Positions 59,082 through 64,000 of a DNA stretch of 64,000 nt are shown piece by piece. Below the pieces are notes generated by a model. The model was not told the DNA's origin. It searched no databases and was given only the letters and a program-made list of their open reading frames with translations. Every line of letters begins with the position of its first letter. Positions within the stretch are counted from its first letter, which is position 1. Position numbers and translations under genes: made by a program. Source of the stretch: Alphaproteobacteria bacterium (GTDB lineage: Bacteria; Pseudomonadota; Alphaproteobacteria; UBA7887); assembly GCA_965216755.1 (NCBI GenBank), contig CBDCGL010000011.1, forward strand, positions 1,568,001 through 1,632,000. Reading direction: 5' to 3'.

Positions 59082-59765
59082 ATGGCGAAAGACACCGGCA
59101 CTAACGCAATACCCCAAACCAGGTTCGAAAGGCGCGCCGGCGCACCTGTGGACGCGGACACATGCGACGGCTGCACCTGCAAAAGGCGGCGCGCGAATTG
59201 GGGCCGCCGGATCTTGCTGGGTGGTGTCGCAGCGTGGGCCGCGTCACGCATTCTGCCTGGTGTGACCACGACGCGTGCTGCCACCGATGATCCGACAAAG
59301 ATGCGCGCCCAACCCGGTGATCAATTGATATTCAAGAGCGGCGCGCGCAAAGGGGAAGCTATCTCGGTTTCTGACGTGGAATGTGGGGCAAGGCCCTTGG
59401 TCGCGTATCCATACGATCCCGTTAACGATATCGCGCGCAAGGGTTCGCGTTTTAATCAGGTCCTGGTGCTCCGCTTGCCGGATACGGGATATACGGACGA
59501 AGTGCGCAGTCGCGCGGCTGAGGGTGTCATCGCCTATTCCGCGATTTGTACGCACGAGAATTGTCCGGTTACGGGCTGGCACCCTGACGAACAGCTTTTT
59601 ATCTGTCCGTGCCACGAAACACACTACGACCCGAAGGACGGGGCACGGGTCGTGTCGGGACCGGCGAAACGGGCCTTGCCGGCCTTACCGCTGACGGTCA
59701 AAGACGGCGTGCTTGTCGCCGCTGAAGGCCTGACTGGTAGGGTGGGAAAACGCAAGCGCACCTAA
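59082..59765 (+). CDS. Rieske [2Fe-2S] protein with Tat-like signal
   Basis: CTHENC and CPCHETHY boxes, GPA.RAL; GRRILL twin-arginine segment. Confidence 0.9.
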   Translation: MAKDTGTNAIPQTRFERRAGAPVDADTCDGCTCKRRRANWGRRILLGGVAAWAASRILPGVTTTRAATDDPTKMRAQPGDQLIFKSGARKGEAISVSDVECGARPLVAYPYDPVNDIARKGSRFNQVLVLRLPDTGYTDEVRSRAAEGVIAYSAICTHENCPVTGWHPDEQLFICPCHETHYDPKDGARVVSGPAKRALPALPLTVKDGVLVAAEGLTGRVGKRKRT

Positions 59766-59836
59766 AGCCGCCCGCGATTCACATCGGACCTGCGACGGTC
59801 CTGTCCCGTAATAAACCACCTCTAGGGAGGAAAAAT

Positions 59837-61567
59837 ATGGCTGCAAGAAGGAGCATTGGGGCATTCGGCGGGGCGTTGGTCGTCTCGGCCATGCTTATGC
59901 CCGCGGTCGCCTCGGCGGACGGCTATTCGGCCGTTACCGACGACAGGCTCGTCAACCCTGAGCCCGAGAATTGGCTCATGTATCGCGGTAATTACGCCGG
60001 CTGGGGCTACAGCCCTCTGGAAGAAATCAATACCGAGAATGTTAAAGATCTTAAGCCGGCTTGGGCATTCTCGACCGATGTCAACGAAGGCCACCAATCG
60101 CCGCCGGTGGTCAATGACGGCGTCATGTTCATCACCACGCCGGAGAACCAGGTGATCGCGCTGGACGCGGAGAACGGTGAGCTTCTGTGGCGCTACCAGC
60201 ATGAGATCCCGGAAGAGCTGTTCCAGCTCCATCCGACCAATCGTGGCGTCGCGCTTTACGGCAACAACGTCTACATCACGACCACGGATTGCATGGTGGT
60301 CGCTCTCAACGCGGAGACCGGAGAGGAACTCTGGAAGACCGCCACCGACGATTGGGAGACAGGCTACTACATGACCATGGCGCCGCTGATTGCGGAAGGC
60401 AAAATCATGGTCGGCACGTCGGGTGGCGAATACGGCATCCGCGGCCATATCACGGCGATAAATGCCGAGACTGGCGCGATAGAATGGGTCCGCCACACGA
60501 TCCCAGGTCCGGGTGAATCCGGCCATGAAACTTGGGAAAACGATGCTTGGAAGACGGGCGGCGGCTCGGTCTGGCTGACCGGAAACTACGACCCCGATAC
60601 CGGCGTCTCCTACTGGGGCACCGGCAATGCCGCGCCCTGGACCGGCGACTTGCACCCGGGTGACAACCTCTACACCACCTCGGCGCTCGCAATCCGGGTT
60701 GCGGACGGCGAGATTGTCGGCCACCACCAGTATCACTGGAACGACTCGTGGGATTGGGACGAGGTTTCCACCCCGTTGCTGGTTCCGATTGAACGCGACG
60801 GCCAGCAGATCAAAGGTCTCGCCCATGCGGGGCGCAACGGCTATCTGTGGCTGCTCGATCGCGGCACGGGCGCGGACATCGGTTTTGTCGACGCGCATAA
60901 ATATGTGCGCCAAGACGCCTTCACAAGCATCGACCCGGAAACAGGGCGGCCGAGTTACGACGAGTCCAAGAAGCCTGTGGTCGGCGAACTCATCAAGTTC
61001 TGCCCATCGTTGTGGGGTGGCAAGGACTGGCCACCGGAAGCGTACAACCCGAAGAACGGCCTGTTCTATATTCCGGCCAACGACAACCTGTGCGGTTCGT
61101 TGATCGGCGAGGACGTGCCCTTGGTGCCTGGTGAGCTGTGGCTCGGCGTGCCGATCCCGGACATCAAGATGTACTACGTCGAGGGTTCGGACCATATCGG
61201 CGAAGTCCAGGCCTGGAATCTGAACACCGGCGAAGAGGTGTGGACGCAGAACTTCGAGTCCTTCAACTGGGGCCCACTGCTCACCACCGGTGGCAACCTG
61301 GTCTTCGCGGGCGGCACCAGGGATCGTCTTTTCCGGGCCTTCCACGGCGAGACCGGCGAGATCCTCTGGCAGTTCAAGACCAACTCCGGAATTACCGCGG
61401 TTCCTTCGTCCTACTCGGTCAACGGCAAGCAGTATATTGCCGTGCAAGCCGGCTGGGGCGTCGACGCGGTGCGCATGGAAAATTCGCTCGCCGCGGAGCG
61501 AGGTTGGGACGGCGACACGCGGCCGACGCCGATCGGTGGCGTACTCTGGGTGTTCGCGCTCAACTAG
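59837..61567 (+). CDS. PQQ-dependent dehydrogenase (alcohol/methanol family), periplasmic
   Basis: Signal peptide, A.D/N..TGE..W docking repeats, GGEYG, GTGN, WDWDE and GKQYIAV motifs. Confidence 0.93.
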   Translation: MAARRSIGAFGGALVVSAMLMPAVASADGYSAVTDDRLVNPEPENWLMYRGNYAGWGYSPLEEINTENVKDLKPAWAFSTDVNEGHQSPPVVNDGVMFITTPENQVIALDAENGELLWRYQHEIPEELFQLHPTNRGVALYGNNVYITTTDCMVVALNAETGEELWKTATDDWETGYYMTMAPLIAEGKIMVGTSGGEYGIRGHITAINAETGAIEWVRHTIPGPGESGHETWENDAWKTGGGSVWLTGNYDPDTGVSYWGTGNAAPWTGDLHPGDNLYTTSALAIRVADGEIVGHHQYHWNDSWDWDEVSTPLLVPIERDGQQIKGLAHAGRNGYLWLLDRGTGADIGFVDAHKYVRQDAFTSIDPETGRPSYDESKKPVVGELIKFCPSLWGGKDWPPEAYNPKNGLFYIPANDNLCGSLIGEDVPLVPGELWLGVPIPDIKMYYVEGSDHIGEVQAWNLNTGEEVWTQNFESFNWGPLLTTGGNLVFAGGTRDRLFRAFHGETGEILWQFKTNSGITAVPSSYSVNGKQYIAVQAGWGVDAVRMENSLAAERGWDGDTRPTPIGGVLWVFALN

Positions 61568-61607
61568 GATCGATAAGAGAGCCGAACTTTAGAAGTTCGA
61601 CAAAGTT

Positions 61608-61640
61608 GGGGCCGGTCGTCGCATAGACGGCCGGCCTCTT
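61608..61640 (+). terminator. Hairpin terminator between convergent genes
   Basis: GGGGCCGGTCGTC / GACGGCCGGCCTC stem with a 5-nt loop. Confidence 0.65.
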
Positions 61641-61660
61641 CCTTTGTGGCGTGCTCAGAC

Positions 61661-61975
61661 TTATCGAGACGGCAATTCGATTGTCAGCATCAAGGAGCTC
61701 ATGCTCTTGCCATGTAGATCTTGCGACAGATTGGCGGTGACACCGCCGTCCAAGGCATGCTCGATCACGAAATTAAACGCTTGGATCTTGGGCAACTTGT
61801 AGCGGCGTACGGGGCCCTTAGCGACGCCTCGGAACGCCTCCATGACCTGCTCTTCGGTCAGGTATTCGGCCAAATAATCATAATCTTCGGGCCGATACGC
61901 GATCACGGAAACATTCACGATGTGCCCTTTGTCGCCGGCACGGGCATGGGCCAGATCATACAGACGAACCGTCAT
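61661..61975 (-). CDS. AtuA-related small protein
   Basis: AHARAGDKG, ALDGG and DLHGK motifs. Confidence 0.85.
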   Translation of the reverse strand: MTVRLYDLAHARAGDKGHIVNVSVIAYRPEDYDYLAEYLTEEQVMEAFRGVAKGPVRRYKLPKIQAFNFVIEHALDGGVTANLSQDLHGKSMSSLMLTIELPSR

Positions 61976-63318
61976 GATGGCGCCACCATTGAAAAATGAG
62001 GCGTCACCTGGTCGCGCGGCAAGAGCACCGATTGCACGGAATAGATCTCCCGCACCTGGCGATCGGCTCCAGCGCCGCCAGCGGGTCCATTGGTCAACAG
62101 CGTATCCAAATCTTGTCCAACCGCTTCCGCTGCTCTTCGGTCGGCCGTCCGCCCGGCAACGCGCAAGCGCACTTCGTAGGGCTCGGGTCTGGCGCCATCG
62201 GCCCCATGCAAGCTTTCCAGTCCAATCAGCTCGACCCGTAGGTCATCATAGTGAAAGCCGCGCATTGCAAGGCGCTCGCGCACGACGTCGCCCGCCAGGC
62301 GCGCGCGGGCAACCGCATTGATGCCGCCATAAGAGATCTGCCCCTCGCCGATATAGCCGTCAAAGTAGCCGACGCTGACCTTATACGTATCGGTGCGCGG
62401 CGTGGCACGGGCCCCGGTCACGGTCACCCGGTCGCCGCTCCATTCACGAAATGCGATGTCGGTCATATCAAGCACGCAATCCGGCGTGATGTAGCGCGAC
62501 GGATCATGGACTTCATACAAAAGCTGCTCGGCACAGGTCATACGATCGATCCGGCCGCCAGACTCCGGTGGTTTGGAAATCGACACCGCACCATATAAGC
62601 CGATATCCGCGCGCGGAAATCCGAGCCGGGCCAGATCAGGCACATCTTTGACGCCCGGATCCGCGAAGTAGCCGCCGGTCACTTGGCCGGCGCATTCCAG
62701 CAAGTGGCCCGCCGCGGTTCCTTGTGCCAGCAATGAATAGTCATCATAAGACCATCCAAGATGGTGAATCATTGGTGCGAGAAACAATGACGGATCGGCG
62801 ACCCGGCCGGTAATTACCACGTCGGCGCCCACCGCGAGAGCCGGAACTATTGCATCTGCCCCCAGATAGGCATTCGCCGAAGCCATACGCGGCAGAATTG
62901 ATTCGAGTGGCGCGCCGGTCTCCATCAAAACCATTTCGGGCCGACCAGCGATGACCTCGCGGACGTCGTCGCCGAGCACGGCCGCGACCTTGATATTGGC
63001 TACACCTTCTTCTTCCGCAATCGCGCCGACGTGCCGTGCCGCGCCCTCAGGATTTGCCGCGCCCATGTTGCTCAGAATGACGACGTTTCGTTCGTGTGCC
63101 GCTTTCAAAACCGCGCGGATACGCTCGGCCAAAAACGGATTGTAGCCGGCATCCGGATCATGATGACGCGCAAGATTCTCCCGGGCTATCGTGCGCTCCG
63201 CCAAACATTCGAAGCCCAGATATTGGATTTCTCCGCGCTCGACCAGCTCAACCGCCGGGTCCCAACGATCTCCGGCGTAACCGGCACCAGCGCCGATCCT
63301 GACATACTGAGGTGGCAT
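61972..63318 (-). CDS. Acyclic terpene utilization AtuA family (DUF1446)
   Basis: GAGYAGDR, ECLAERT, NAYLG, GRVADP, GHLLEC and EQLLYE motifs. Confidence 0.9.
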   Translation of the reverse strand: MPPQYVRIGAGAGYAGDRWDPAVELVERGEIQYLGFECLAERTIARENLARHHDPDAGYNPFLAERIRAVLKAAHERNVVILSNMGAANPEGAARHVGAIAEEEGVANIKVAAVLGDDVREVIAGRPEMVLMETGAPLESILPRMASANAYLGADAIVPALAVGADVVITGRVADPSLFLAPMIHHLGWSYDDYSLLAQGTAAGHLLECAGQVTGGYFADPGVKDVPDLARLGFPRADIGLYGAVSISKPPESGGRIDRMTCAEQLLYEVHDPSRYITPDCVLDMTDIAFREWSGDRVTVTGARATPRTDTYKVSVGYFDGYIGEGQISYGGINAVARARLAGDVVRERLAMRGFHYDDLRVELIGLESLHGADGARPEPYEVRLRVAGRTADRRAAEAVGQDLDTLLTNGPAGGAGADRQVREIYSVQSVLLPRDQVTPHFSMVAPS

Positions 63319-63336
63319 GACCCTGTGTTCCCTTGT

Positions 63337-64000
63337 TTATGCTATGGCATGACACGCGACCGACACGCCGTAGATCGACTTCAATTCAGGCCTGTCACGG
63401 CGGCACCGATCCACGGCAAGTGGACAGCGTGGGTGAAACGCACATCCGCTTGGCGGCGATATCGGATCCGGCACCTCGCCGTCGCTCGCGGTGCGCTCCC
63501 GCCCCGCCCCATTGATCTGCGGGATCGAATCCAGGAGCATTTTTGTGTAAGGATGGCGTGGGCTGGCGAATAGTGTCCCCGTGTCCGCCACCTCGCAAAG
63601 GCGGCCAAGATACATGACCCCGACCTGATCTGCCATATGATTGACCACGGCCAGGTCGTGGCTAATGAAAAGATATGTCAGGTGTCTGGCCGCTTGCAGA
63701 TCCTTCATCAGATTGAGGATTTGCGCCTGAACCGAAACGTCCAGCGCCGATGTTGGCTCGTCGCACACGATAAAATCCGGTTCGCTGGCCAGCGCGCGGG
63801 CAATCGAGATTCGCTGTCGCTGGCCGCCGGAAAACTGATGTGGAAACTTCCGTGCATCGCGTGCGTTCAATCCCACGTCGCGCAGAAAGCCGCCGACGCG
63901 GTTTCGCGCCGCGGCCCGATCCGCCACCAAACCATGCGCCAACAATGGTTCGGCAATAATCGCAGCCACACGCCAGCGTGGGTTGAGGCTCGCATACGGA
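63337..64000 (-). CDS. Oligopeptide-type ABC transporter ATP-binding protein, 5'-truncated
   Basis: [21 protein letters not shown] and GCAFHPRC motifs. Confidence 0.92.
   Translation of the reverse strand, partial: PYASLNPRWRVAAIIAEPLLAHGLVADRAAARNRVGGFLRDVGLNARDARKFPHQFSGGQRQRISIARALASEPDFIVCDEPTSALDVSVQAQILNLMKDLQAARHLTYLFISHDLAVVNHMADQVGVMYLGRLCEVADTGTLFASPRHPYTKMLLDSIPQINGAGRERTASDGEVPDPISPPSGCAFHPRCPLAVDRCRRDRPELKSIYGVSVACHAIA

Noticed and set aside
59822-61447. 541-aa antisense ORF over the PQQ dehydrogenase
   Set aside because: Shadow frame expected from strong codon bias of the sense gene; no motifs

Overview
GC-rich bacterial chromosome segment. The gene set and style suggest an alphaproteobacterium (inference). 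The window opens with the 3' part of putA and a tRNA-Thr(TGT). These are followed by a small accessory patch: an IS481-like end, an intact IS3-family element with a 5-bp GGTTT target duplication, and a DUF4917/SIR2-like gene with a structured leader. Next come a probable halohydrin dehalogenase, a 2OG-Fe(II) oxygenase-like gene and a secreted Asn/Gly repeat protein. A trehalose cluster follows (GH15, otsA with an apparent CTG start, glk, otsB, second otsA). The middle holds OsmC/hydrolase, rhomboid, a redoxin, the AmmeMemoRadiSam trio, a Crp/Fnr regulator next to a three-hairpin candidate sRNA, two frameshifted pseudogenes, an orphan phnW, catabolic genes (RraA-like, maleylacetate reductase-like, iorAB, GST) and a PanB-like protein that lacks its metal ligands. 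A stress/repair-like block carries ftsH, archease-rtcB and a P-type ATPase / HhH protein / carbonic anhydrase / voltage-gated Na+ channel string. An operon of acyl-CoA synthetase, E1 alpha/beta, amino-acid dehydrogenase and aminotransferase lies behind a perfect FNR/FixK box and has no E2/E3. The window ends with a TRAP transporter divergent from a Rieske + PQQ dehydrogenase pair, AtuA-family genes and a partial ABC ATPase. All calls come from motif recognition by eye; no database searches were run.
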